Assembly (NCBI GenBank): GCA_004347685.1
Contig: SLTJ01000024.1
Coordinates: forward strand, 107,401-171,400
Reading direction: 5' to 3'
From: Clostridia bacterium
GTDB taxonomy: Bacteria; Bacillota; DSM-521; Neomoorellales; SLTJ01
Length of the DNA stretch: 64,000 nucleotides
Part shown: positions 1 through 8,953 of the stretch, one piece after another
Numbering within the stretch: position 1 is the first letter of the stretch
How the letters are laid out: every line of letters starts with the position of its first letter
Notes under the pieces: generated by a model
Seen by the model: the letters and a program-made list of their open reading frames with translations, nothing else
Databases searched by the model: none
Told to the model about the DNA's origin: nothing
Program-made: the position numbers and the translations under genes

Positions 1-37
1 TTTCCACCCGCAGTTGGGCACCGGGCACGACTGTCAT
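1..37 (-). CDS. 5' end of a gene downstream of flgL running off the window (possibly YviE/DUF6470-like, from synteny only)
   Basis: AGGAG SD, then ATG at 37 (or GTG at 28), reading MTVVPGAQLRVE to the window edge. Confidence 0.3.
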   Translation of the reverse strand, partial: MTVVPGAQLRVE

Positions 38-125
38 CTCCTTGCTTAAAACGACAAAACCCCTAACCTCGCAAAGTCAGCACAGTATATCTTTCCAATG
101 GCCCACGAAGCCTATGCTTCCGGCC

Positions 126-1025
126 CTACCGCAGGTAGTCCACCAGGCTTGGCTGCAGGACCTTGGCGCCGGTGGCCAGGCCGGCCTGGTAGACGTAGGA
201 CTGGATGGCGTAATCCATACTTATTTTGGCCATATCTACGTCTTCTAACCGGGAGAGGAGTTCGGTCTGCTTGGTGTTGGCCTCGGCTGCCCGGCCCTTG
301 GCCATATTCAGCCGGTTGCTCTTGGCCCCCAGGGTAGCCCGGATGTTGAGTAGGTTGTCCATTTGGCCGTCGAGAGCGGTCAGCACCGCCTGGAGGTCAG
401 AAGGGTTACCATCTTCCAGGGCCGTCTTTAGTTCAAGGAGGGCAGCAAACAATTGGCTTTCTTGGCTGCTGCTGTCTACATTAAACACGGCAGTTCCGGT
501 GACATTGGGGGCGATCGTTACCCCAGGAGATACCTCCCACTGCAGCTCCTGATTGTTGCCGTCATAAGTTACGGCTGATCCAGTCCTGATGAAGGGCGGT
601 GCCGTCGTCTGCTGGCCGGCAAAAATATACTGCCCCGCGTAGCTGGTATTGGCAATGGCCACCATCTCATCAATAAGCTGGTCCACTTCGGCAGCCAGGG
701 CCTTCATGTCGGTCTCGGAAAGGGTGCCGTTGGCGCCGTAAATGGCCAGCTCCCGCGCCCGCTGCATGTTGGCGGTAGCGTTGTTCAGTGCGCCTTCCGA
801 GGTGTCCAGCCAGCCGATGGCGTCTTCCATATTCTTGGTGTACTGCTCGTCCTGATTCAGGGTGCTCTTGAGCACCATGATGCGGGCCAGGGCGGTGGGG
901 TCGTCCGAGGGGCGGCTCACTACCTTGCCGGTGGACATCTGCTCCTGCGCCTTGCTCATGCGCTCCAGGTTGCGGTTGATGTTGTTTACTACGGTGCGGC
1001 TGATCATGCTTTGGGTAACGCGCAA
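126..1025 (-). CDS. flgL: Flagellar hook-associated protein 3 FlgL
   Basis: N-terminal MRVTQSM..STGKVVSRPSDDP flagellin-N motif; C-terminal LQPSLVDYLR; follows flgK. Confidence 0.96.
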   Translation of the reverse strand: MRVTQSMISRTVVNNINRNLERMSKAQEQMSTGKVVSRPSDDPTALARIMVLKSTLNQDEQYTKNMEDAIGWLDTSEGALNNATANMQRARELAIYGANGTLSETDMKALAAEVDQLIDEMVAIANTSYAGQYIFAGQQTTAPPFIRTGSAVTYDGNNQELQWEVSPGVTIAPNVTGTAVFNVDSSSQESQLFAALLELKTALEDGNPSDLQAVLTALDGQMDNLLNIRATLGAKSNRLNMAKGRAAEANTKQTELLSRLEDVDMAKISMDYAIQSYVYQAGLATGAKVLQPSLVDYLR

Positions 1026-1122
1026 CTAGGATCTCTCCTTTACCGGCGGGTTGAAAAGGGATTGTCTATAGTACAAGTAGCCGGATGAAATAGCTGCAGC
1101 GTAAAGGCGGCGGGTTGCCGGA

Positions 1123-2529
1123 CTATACGGCCATGCGGTTGATAATGGTGTCCAGCAGGCTGTCCATGGTGGTTATCACCCGGGCCGCGGCCTCGTAGGC
1201 GCGCTGGAACTGGATCAGACCTGCCATCTCCTCGTCCAGGGAAACGCCGGAGAGGCTGTCCCGCCGCTGCCTGAGCTGGTCCACCAGCACCGTCTGGTTT
1301 TCCACCATGCGGCTTGCCTCGTGTGCGTTTATCCCTAACCGGGCCACCAGATTGCGGTAAAAATCGTCTATGGTCTGTGACGACCCGCCAAAATCTACGG
1401 ACTGCTGGCGCAACTGGGCTATCTCCAGGGCCTTGGTACCATCGCCAGGAGCCACCGGAGTGCTCGCAGCGGCGGCCACCCGGGTGACGTCCTCCACCAG
1501 GTACTGGTTCACGTAAATATTGGCCGCGCCAGAGATTTCATAAGGAGTGGACGCGGCAAGAGGTCCTACCGCCTGGTCTGAAGCGACGAAGAAGGGTACG
1601 TTATGATCTTCCCTGAGCCCGTAACCGTCCTGGTGGATGCCATTAACCTCCCTAGCCAATGTTTTGGCCCACGCGTCCAGGTCGTCCTTGTACTCTCCCA
1701 CCAGGTCCCACGCCTCGTGCAGGCCCAGCATGTTCCCCCCGTACTCCTCGGTTACATTCAAAATATCTAGCGACAATTCTGTGGCCTGGTCCCCGTCTAC
1801 CAGGGTCACCCCCGCGCCCGTCACCGTCACGCTCCCGTCCTCATGCAGCTCTACCTGGATGTTCAGTACCTGCGAGAGCTCGTCCAGGAGTTTATCCCGC
1901 TGGTCCAGGAGGTCATTGGGCTGGTCCCCGGCCAGCTTGATGGCCTGAATCTGGCGGTTGAGGGCCGCTATCTGGGAGGTGAGGGTGTTTACCTGGTCCA
2001 CCTGGATGGAAAGGCTGGTTTCCAGGTTGTCCTGGATGTCCTGCAACTGCTGGTAGGTGTGGCGCAGGGCCTCGGCCAGCGCGTTGGCCGTCTCCACCAC
2101 GGTGGTGCGGACCGGCGCGCTTTCCGGGTACTTGGACAGCTCCTGCCAGCTATCCCAGAACTGGTTCAGCAGCGTGGCCAGGCCGGTCTCTCCCGGCTCC
2201 ATAAAGACCGTCTCTACCTGGGCCAGGGCCTGGCTTTTTTCCTCCCACCGTCCCAGGGAACTCTGCTCGTAACGAATCTGGGCGTCCAGGAATGCGTCGC
2301 GGATACGGTCAATCATGGCCGCCTCCACCCCGGTTCCAAGTTGCCCCGGCCCCAGGGGGCGGTTCAGGGCTGGCACCGGAAAGGGGGTGGTAGCTTCCAG
2401 CACGGCCCGCTGGCGGGTGAACCCGGGAGTATTAGCGTTGGCCACATTATGGGAGGAGACCTCCAGGCCCTTTTGTTGCGCCTGCAGGCCCCGCAGGGCG
2501 ATATTGATACCAAAAAAGGCCGACGTCAT
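1123..2529 (-). CDS. flgK: Flagellar hook-associated protein 1 FlgK
   Basis: SHNVANANTPGFTRQ at the N-terminus; SGVSLDEEM..FQRAYEAAAR at the C-terminus. Confidence 0.96.
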   Translation of the reverse strand: MTSAFFGINIALRGLQAQQKGLEVSSHNVANANTPGFTRQRAVLEATTPFPVPALNRPLGPGQLGTGVEAAMIDRIRDAFLDAQIRYEQSSLGRWEEKSQALAQVETVFMEPGETGLATLLNQFWDSWQELSKYPESAPVRTTVVETANALAEALRHTYQQLQDIQDNLETSLSIQVDQVNTLTSQIAALNRQIQAIKLAGDQPNDLLDQRDKLLDELSQVLNIQVELHEDGSVTVTGAGVTLVDGDQATELSLDILNVTEEYGGNMLGLHEAWDLVGEYKDDLDAWAKTLAREVNGIHQDGYGLREDHNVPFFVASDQAVGPLAASTPYEISGAANIYVNQYLVEDVTRVAAAASTPVAPGDGTKALEIAQLRQQSVDFGGSSQTIDDFYRNLVARLGINAHEASRMVENQTVLVDQLRQRRDSLSGVSLDEEMAGLIQFQRAYEAAARVITTMDSLLDTIINRMAV

Positions 2530-2559
2530 GAGCTTACCTCGCTTTGAGACCGCTGGCAG

Positions 2560-3060
2560 TTACGCCTGCGCGTCCAATCTCAGGTGGTCTTGAGGGCAAG
2601 ATACTTCTCCACTGGCCTCGTAAACAACATCCGGCTGCGGCCATATGGTACTGCGCATGTACTTAATGTAGGCAAGACAATGCCGGATGAGAATCCTGTT
2701 AAGCAGGTTGAGTTCCTTAATGCGGCCGAAGTTGTGGCTGAGGCTGGCGGTCAGGCTTTGTAGTTGGGCGTGAGCTTCTTCCGGGGCATAGGGGAGCACT
2801 TCCATCAAGGTCACCTGGTTATCACCCAGCTTGAACAGCCGGGACAGCTCCTCCTGAACCTGCATCCGCTCCTCTTCCAACCTGGATAGCTCCCTGCTGG
2901 CCTGGGCCTGGGCCGAAGTTATCGCCTGCAGACCCTCAAGGTTATTGCCTTGCAGGGCCAACAACTCCTGTTCGGCCAGCGATACCAATTGGGAGACAAG
3001 CTGGTTTTGTTTATCAAGCAGCCTAGTTAAAGAAGCAAACAGACCTTCCACCTGAGCCAC
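2560..3060 (-). CDS. flgN: Flagellar export chaperone FlgN
   Basis: Coiled-coil 166 aa protein between flgM and flgK; LEEER and N..N.LI motifs. Confidence 0.85.
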   Translation of the reverse strand: MAQVEGLFASLTRLLDKQNQLVSQLVSLAEQELLALQGNNLEGLQAITSAQAQASRELSRLEEERMQVQEELSRLFKLGDNQVTLMEVLPYAPEEAHAQLQSLTASLSHNFGRIKELNLLNRILIRHCLAYIKYMRSTIWPQPDVVYEASGEVSCPQDHLRLDAQA

Positions 3061-3097
3061 TTCTTTCTCTTACTGTAACTATACTGTAACTACTCCT

Positions 3098-3232
3098 GTA
3101 ACTACTCAGGCCACCGCCTATCACAGCCTTTGAGCGCGGCCTCGCCGTCACTTTCGCGAAAGCTGATAACCCGCTGGTGCCTTCAGTCGTTCGCCGCCTG
3201 ACCCCCGACCGGCCTGGAGGCTGAGTAGTTAC
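3098..3232. mobile_element. MITE-like element with 12-bp perfect terminal inverted repeats GTAACTACTCAG / CTGAGTAGTTAC
   Basis: TIRs at 3098-3109 and 3221-3232; flanks ctcct/ctctt; partial extra copies of ctgtaacta at 3073-3092. Confidence 0.55.
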
Positions 3233-3235
3233 CTC

Positions 3236-3529
3236 TTACTTTTGTTCCTTTAGGATGGCTTCGGCCACCTGGTCGGAGGAAACGGTGTAGGCACCGGAGG
3301 CAATCTTGGCCTGTAGCTCCCGTACCAGTTCCCCCCGAATTTCCGGGTGCGCCAGCACCTGCAGCACCAGGTACGATATGCTGCGACCGGCAGTAGAGAT
3401 ATCGGCCCTATCCATTTCGGGAGGCCGGCCAGGGGCCTCCGCCTTAGCCGGTAGCCTCGGCGGCAAGGGGGTTCTCATGCTGACCGGCAACTCTTCTGGT
3501 GAATACCTTTCTATTTTCATCCATGACAC
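3236..3529 (-). CDS. flgM: Anti-sigma-28 factor FlgM
   Basis: DRADIS..PEIRGELVRELQAKIASGAYTVSSDQVAEAIL matches the FlgM C-terminal motif; upstream of flgN. Confidence 0.9.
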   Translation of the reverse strand: MSWMKIERYSPEELPVSMRTPLPPRLPAKAEAPGRPPEMDRADISTAGRSISYLVLQVLAHPEIRGELVRELQAKIASGAYTVSSDQVAEAILKEQK

Positions 3530-3599
3530 CGCCCGAAACTTTTCATCCTATGGCTCCAGTCATAATAGCCAAAATGGGCGCTATGAGCGTCTACTTAAT

Positions 3600-3626
3600 A
3601 TATCGTCGAGGAGTAATAGTTCTTTA
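3600..3626 (-). promoter_or_regulatory. Sigma-D (sigma-28) promoter for flgM-flgN-flgK-flgL
   Basis: Minus strand TAAA-N15-GACGATAT against the consensus TAAA-N15-GCCGATAT. Confidence 0.75.
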
Positions 3627-3651
3627 GGGGCGGTAGGGGCTTTATCGGTAA

Positions 3652-4356
3652 TTAACCAGCCGTGAGCTTCACCAGCTCGGAGGCCCACCGGTCCAGGGGC
3701 AAGATCAGGTCAACCAACCCGGCGGCAATGGCCGCTCGCGGCATACCGAAGACTACGCATGACGCCTCGTCCTGGGCGAGAATAAAACCACCCTTTTCCC
3801 TCACGGCTCGTAGCCCGGCTACACCGTCGTTCCCCATACCGGTCAGGACTCCGGCCACGACCTCACTGCCAAAGGCCTCAGCCAGAGAAAGGAACATCAG
3901 GTCGGCTGAAGGTTTGAAATGGGTGGGCAAGGGGCTTTCCTTGCTCAGGAGAACCGTGGCGTTGTCGCTTTCCCGCTCAATGCGCAGGTGGTAGCCCGCC
4001 GCGGCGACTATGGCTGTTCCCGGGGTGAGACGATCACCTTGCTGCCCTTCCTTCACCTGCAGGGCCGAAAGCTCGTTGAGGCGCCGGGCCAGGGGAGCGG
4101 TGAAGCCTGGGGGCATATGTTGTACGATTACGATGGGAGCCGGAAACGAGGCGGGCAGTTGGGTGAGGATAGTCTGCAGGGCGGCCGGTCCGCCGGTAGA
4201 AGCCGCCAGTCCTACTATTTTGACCCGGGACAAACTCTTGTCCCGAGGGGAGAGGGGTAGCCGCCCGGGCGCCGGCCCGCGGGGGGTAACCTTTACCTGG
4301 GCGGCAGTCTTTATCTTTTCACTGTCCATGACCAGAACCCTAACTGGCAAGCTCAC
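3652..4356 (-). CDS. cheB: Chemotaxis methylesterase CheB lacking most of the receiver domain
   Basis: Catalytic motifs ASTGG, QHMP and LTGMGNDG are intact; only VRVLVMDS and EKIKTAA remain of the REC domain. Confidence 0.9.
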   Translation of the reverse strand: MSLPVRVLVMDSEKIKTAAQVKVTPRGPAPGRLPLSPRDKSLSRVKIVGLAASTGGPAALQTILTQLPASFPAPIVIVQHMPPGFTAPLARRLNELSALQVKEGQQGDRLTPGTAIVAAAGYHLRIERESDNATVLLSKESPLPTHFKPSADLMFLSLAEAFGSEVVAGVLTGMGNDGVAGLRAVREKGGFILAQDEASCVVFGMPRAAIAAGLVDLILPLDRWASELVKLTAG

Positions 4357-6412
4357 GCCTGGCCTTAGCCTCTGCCTGATCGAGCAAGCTGCGCACGTCC
4401 AGTATTAGAGCCACCTGGCCGTTGCCCATGATAGTAGCCCCGGCCAGGCCGTGGATTTGTCCGATATAGTCCCCCAGAGACTTGATAACTATTTCCTGCT
4501 CGCCGATGAAGTCGTCAACAATGAAGCCCACCCGCTTTTCGGAGATGCCGGCCACGACTACGGGCAGGGTCTTTTTGCGTTCGGGGGGAGAGTCTATTCG
4601 CAGCACCTCGGCCAACTCAACCAAGGGCAATATCTGACCGCGCAGCAGCACGGCGTCTTGCTGGTGAATCCTTTGCACGGTGCCGGTCTCTACCTGCACA
4701 ATTTCCACCACGTTGCTCAAGGGGAAGGCCATGATGCGGCCGGCAACGGTTACCAGGAGGGAACGGTTGATGGCCAGGGTCAAGGGCAGTTTGATGGTGA
4801 ACTTCGCTCCCCGGCCGGGGGTGGTATGGGTTTCAATGAGGCCATTGATCCTCTCTAGGTGGCTGCGGACGATGTCCATGCCTACTCCGCGGCCGGAAAC
4901 GTCGCTCACGGCGGCGGAGGTGGAAAAACCTGGCATGAAGATCAGGTTCAGAGCTTCCCTGTCGTCCAGCCGGCCAGCCGCTTCGGCGGACAGCAGGCCC
5001 TTTTCCACTACCTTTTGCCGCAGGAGTTGGGCCTCCATTCCCCGGCCGTCGTCGGCGATGGTAATGACGATTTGGTTTTCCTGGTGAAAAGCTTTGAGCT
5101 CAATGGTTCCGCGCGCCGGCTTGCCGGCCCTGGCCCTTTCCTCCGGTGTCTCTATCCCATGGTCAATGGCGTTGCGCAGGAGGTGGATGAGGGGATCGCC
5201 GATTTCCTCGATAACCGTGCGGTCTAGCTCTGTTTCCCGCCCCTCAATGACGAAGTTTACCTCTTTGCCCGCCTTGTGCGCCAAGTCGCGCACCATGCGC
5301 GGGAAACGGTTGAAGACTTGATCAATGGGAAACATCCGCGCCCGCATGATTTCTTCTTGCAGGTCACTGGTCACCCGGCCGATATGGGTAGAGATTTCTT
5401 CCAGGGCATCCAGCAAATCTTGAGCGTTGGCATTGGCCCGCAGGCCGTTTTCTGCTTCCGCCAGCCGGGTACGGTCAATAACCAGTTCCCCTACCAAGTT
5501 AAGCAAAACGTCCAGACGGCGCACATCCACCCTGACTGTCTGGTTCAGCCGTTTGGCCGCTTCGTCACTTTCGGCACTAGCACCTGGGCTTGCTCCTGGT
5601 TGCGCCTGGAGGGAAGCGGCCCCCAGTCGGCTTTCAGCTTCCTGGTCTAGGGTTACCGGGGCTATTTGGACTGAAGCTATTTCCGAGGTGCTTTTAATAA
5701 TGTTGCCGACATGGTCGGCATCCTCTCTGCTGACCAACAGGAGCTCAAATGACAGTTCAAATTTTTCGGCTTCGATGTCTTCTACGCCAGGGACGGTCTT
5801 GATAACCTCGCCGACTTCTTCCAGGCTCTTAAAAACTATGTAGGCTCGCGGGCCTTTCATCAGGCAGTCCTTCTCGAGTTCCACGCGAATATGCCAGACG
5901 CGGTACCCTTTGATTTCCGCGGCCCGGACCAGGTTCTCCTCAATATCGTTTAGCTGCAAAATGGGTGACGTGGCTGCAGCCGCGGCTTTATCCGCCGCCT
6001 GTGGGCCGGCTTCTCCCCCTGCGGCTGGCTGTATCCGCTGCAGCCTGGCCACGGTGGCCGAAATGTCCGCGCTCTCGCTGCCGCTGTCCGCGACCTCGGC
6101 TATCAACTGCCGTAACAGGTCCAGGGCTTCCAGCAATACGTCCACCAGCTCCGTGGTTACGGTCAGGGCCTGTTGCCGCACGAGATCCAGCACGTTTTCC
6201 ATGGCGTGGGTGAGGGTAGCTGTTTGCTTGAAGTCCATGGAAGCCGAAGACCCCTTCAGGGTGTGGGCCGCGCGAAAGATCTTGTTGATCAGCTCGGGGT
6301 CCTCCCGCCTATCTTCCAGTTTGACCAGGCTCTCATCCAGGATCTGCAATTGTTCTTCGGCCTCATCAAGGAATATGCTCATATATTGGGACATGTCCAT
6401 GTCAGCGGTCAT
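4340..6412 (-). CDS. cheA: Chemotaxis histidine kinase CheA
   Basis: Hpt FRAAHTLKGS, P2, dimerisation domain, HATPase (HLLRNAIDHG, DDGRG, GRGVGMD), CheW domain. Confidence 0.98.
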   Translation of the reverse strand: MTADMDMSQYMSIFLDEAEEQLQILDESLVKLEDRREDPELINKIFRAAHTLKGSSASMDFKQTATLTHAMENVLDLVRQQALTVTTELVDVLLEALDLLRQLIAEVADSGSESADISATVARLQRIQPAAGGEAGPQAADKAAAAATSPILQLNDIEENLVRAAEIKGYRVWHIRVELEKDCLMKGPRAYIVFKSLEEVGEVIKTVPGVEDIEAEKFELSFELLLVSREDADHVGNIIKSTSEIASVQIAPVTLDQEAESRLGAASLQAQPGASPGASAESDEAAKRLNQTVRVDVRRLDVLLNLVGELVIDRTRLAEAENGLRANANAQDLLDALEEISTHIGRVTSDLQEEIMRARMFPIDQVFNRFPRMVRDLAHKAGKEVNFVIEGRETELDRTVIEEIGDPLIHLLRNAIDHGIETPEERARAGKPARGTIELKAFHQENQIVITIADDGRGMEAQLLRQKVVEKGLLSAEAAGRLDDREALNLIFMPGFSTSAAVSDVSGRGVGMDIVRSHLERINGLIETHTTPGRGAKFTIKLPLTLAINRSLLVTVAGRIMAFPLSNVVEIVQVETGTVQRIHQQDAVLLRGQILPLVELAEVLRIDSPPERKKTLPVVVAGISEKRVGFIVDDFIGEQEIVIKSLGDYIGQIHGLAGATIMGNGQVALILDVRSLLDQAEAKARRELAS

Positions 6413-6430
6413 GAAGCGTGCCAGCCTCCT

Positions 6431-6910
6431 CTAAACAGCCTTTTCAAAGGAGCCCTGTTCTGCCATCAACTCCCGGTATTCACTTTCACGTAATACTTTA
6501 GCCACATCCAGCAGGATTACCAGACGATCGTTCCATTTGCCCACGCCTCTGAGGTAGGCGGTATCAACTCCGGAAACAATGGGAGGTGTTGGTTCAATGT
6601 TTTCCTGCGGCAGGCGCAACACCTCGGATACAGAATCAACAATCAGCCCCACCACCACGGCGCCCACCTCCACCACCATGATCCTGGAGCTCCCGGTGGC
6701 CTCCGCCAGGGGCAGGCCAAAGCGTTTGCGTAGGTCAATGACCGGGATAATCCGTCCCCTCAGGTTAATGACCCCTTCGACAAATTGCGGCGTGCGCGGT
6801 ACCCTGGTAACAGGCTGCATGCGAATTATTTCCTGAACACAGCTTATGTCTATCCCGTATGTTTCCCCTGCCAGTTGCAAGACTACCAGTTGTTCCTCCA
6901 CCATTATCAC
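6431..6910 (-). CDS. cheW: Chemotaxis coupling protein CheW
   Basis: GVINLRGRIIPVIDLRKRF motif. Confidence 0.97.
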   Translation of the reverse strand: MIMVEEQLVVLQLAGETYGIDISCVQEIIRMQPVTRVPRTPQFVEGVINLRGRIIPVIDLRKRFGLPLAEATGSSRIMVVEVGAVVVGLIVDSVSEVLRLPQENIEPTPPIVSGVDTAYLRGVGKWNDRLVILLDVAKVLRESEYRELMAEQGSFEKAV

Positions 6911-6954
6911 CCCCTATATTTAATTCCATATGGAGGGAAGAACTCCTTTTTGCT

Positions 6955-8700
6955 TTACAGCTTAAATTGAGATACGGCCTGTGCCAGTTGCGCGCCCAGT
7001 TCGCCCAGCCGTTCGGCCGCGGCGGCGATCTCGTTGACGCTGGCAGCCTGTTCCTCGGCGGTGGCACTCACTTCCTCCGTTCCCGAGGCTGCTTCCTCGG
7101 TTATGGAGGCAATATTTTGCATGGCCTCTCCGGCCCGGCCGGCATCCCGGGCTACTCCCTGGGCCACGGTAGCAATTTCGTTAACGGAGTTGACCAGGAA
7201 GGAGATGACTTCGCCTATCCGGCGGAAGGTCGTACCGGTTTCTCCGATAACTGCCGAACCGGACTCCACCTGGCGGGTTCCTTCCTGCATGGTAGCCACC
7301 ACATGGCCCGTTTGGCTTTGAATTTCCCGGATAAGAGATGAAATCTGCTGGGCGGCCTGCGCCGACTGTTCGGCCAGCTTGCGTACCTCCTCGGCCACCA
7401 CGGCAAAGCCCCGGCCCTGCTCCCCGGCCCGGGCGGCCTCAATAGCCGCGTTCAGGGCCAGGAGGTTGGTCTGATCCGCGATGCCGGTAATTACCTCGAC
7501 GATACGCCCGATTTCGCGCGACCTCTCTCCCAGTTGGTTGATGGCCTGGGCCGATTCGTCAACCCTCGCCTTGATGGTGGCCATCTGGCTGATGGCGGCC
7601 GTAATGGCCTTTTCCCCTTCCGCGGCCGCCTGCAGTGCCGCTTTCGACCGGCTGGCCACTTCCGTCACGTGCTGGCTCACTTTCTGGATATCGTCCACTA
7701 TCCTGTCAATGGTAGCCGCGGTATCCGCCACATGGCCGGTTTGCTCCTCGGAGCCCCGCGCCATTTCCTGGACCGTAACCGCCACCTGGCGGGCGGACTC
7801 TCCGACCTGCGCCGTACTGGCGGCCAGTTCCTGCGTGGCCTCGGTTACCCTTTGGGCCGTATCGGTAACGCGGGTGATGAGGCTACGGAGGTTATCCACC
7901 ATGCGGTTGAAGGCGTTCACCAGTAACCCCACCTCGCCGCCCGAGGCCTCCTTCACGGACCTCACGGCCAGGTTGCCGTTGGCTACTGCCTGGCTGTAAT
8001 CAATGACTGCGGCCAGGGGCCGGGTTATGGAGCGGGTAAGGAAGATAGTAAGGAGAATGGTGGCGATGATGGCCACCGCCAGGGCGATGAGCATATTGGT
8101 CACGGCGGCACCCTCTAAGGTCCGTACCCGCTGCATATCCGCGTTCTGCCTTTCGAGCAATATCTGGCGAAGTTCGTTGTTCTTCTCCGTAATTCGCTCG
8201 GCAGCTCCGGCCGTGACGTACTGGTAAGTGAAATCAGCCGTTATCTCCCAGCCGCTGCCCAGGGCCGGGATGATATCGCGCTCTACGGAATCGTTAAGAG
8301 TCTGATCTACTTGCTCTACCACATTGAGGATATCGGTTTCCTCCTGGCCGGTAATCTGGCCGCGCAAGAAGGAAAGCCTGTCAGCAAAGGCCTGGGAATC
8401 CGCCTTGAATTGTTCGATCCGGGAAGTATCCTTAGTGATCATAAGTTCCTGGATATCGGCATATTTGGTTACTGCCAGCCGGGATAATTCCTCTACGGCT
8501 GCCACCACAGTGCTATGATTTTCCACCTTCACCGTGGCCCGCTGGATTCCTTGCAGGCTATACCAGAGAAACAGCATGGATACCGCGAAGATAATCACGA
8601 TGACGGCAATACCGGTGGCGATCCTAGTAGCGATGCGGCGGTCGCCAAAGAAAAAAAACGAAGATAAAATGCGGGTAAATCTCTTTACTATACCTGACAC
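6955..8700 (-). CDS. Methyl-accepting chemotaxis protein (TM-sensor-TM-HAMP-signalling)
   Basis: Two TM helices, HAMP, and the [35 protein letters not shown] signature. Confidence 0.97.
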   Translation of the reverse strand: MSGIVKRFTRILSSFFFFGDRRIATRIATGIAVIVIIFAVSMLFLWYSLQGIQRATVKVENHSTVVAAVEELSRLAVTKYADIQELMITKDTSRIEQFKADSQAFADRLSFLRGQITGQEETDILNVVEQVDQTLNDSVERDIIPALGSGWEITADFTYQYVTAGAAERITEKNNELRQILLERQNADMQRVRTLEGAAVTNMLIALAVAIIATILLTIFLTRSITRPLAAVIDYSQAVANGNLAVRSVKEASGGEVGLLVNAFNRMVDNLRSLITRVTDTAQRVTEATQELAASTAQVGESARQVAVTVQEMARGSEEQTGHVADTAATIDRIVDDIQKVSQHVTEVASRSKAALQAAAEGEKAITAAISQMATIKARVDESAQAINQLGERSREIGRIVEVITGIADQTNLLALNAAIEAARAGEQGRGFAVVAEEVRKLAEQSAQAAQQISSLIREIQSQTGHVVATMQEGTRQVESGSAVIGETGTTFRRIGEVISFLVNSVNEIATVAQGVARDAGRAGEAMQNIASITEEAASGTEEVSATAEEQAASVNEIAAAAERLGELGAQLAQAVSQFKL

Positions 8701-8795
8701 CCGTTACCTTCCCCCTGAAGTTAAAAGTAAGAGTCCTCATAGGAAAACAGGCCGCGAAACCAGTTCCCTGTCGAAACTAAGGGCCTCCTGCCTCA

Positions 8796-8930
8796 CCGCC
8801 AATCCCTGCCGGTGACACGGCGCTCAACTTATCGCCCACATTGTGCGCTACCCGAAGCCCTCGCTGTTCAGCGGTCGTACTATGGGCGAGTGCCTTACAG
8901 ACAGTGAGTTGAGTGCCGGGGCGCAGGCGG
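8796..8930 (+). ncRNA. Candidate structured RNA of unknown family
   Basis: Nested stems 8818-8830/8906-8918 (13 bp), 8832-8838/8883-8889, 8843-8847/8876-8880 and hairpin 8861-8874; non-canonical pairs are G-U on the + strand. Confidence 0.4.
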
Positions 8931-8953
8931 CATGACGTCTCTCAGGCTTCTCT

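Noticed and set aside
8701-8953. Second c-di-GMP riboswitch upstream of the MCP
   Set aside because: No GGCAAA/GAAA/GACGCAAA motifs, and the base-pairing favours the opposite strand.
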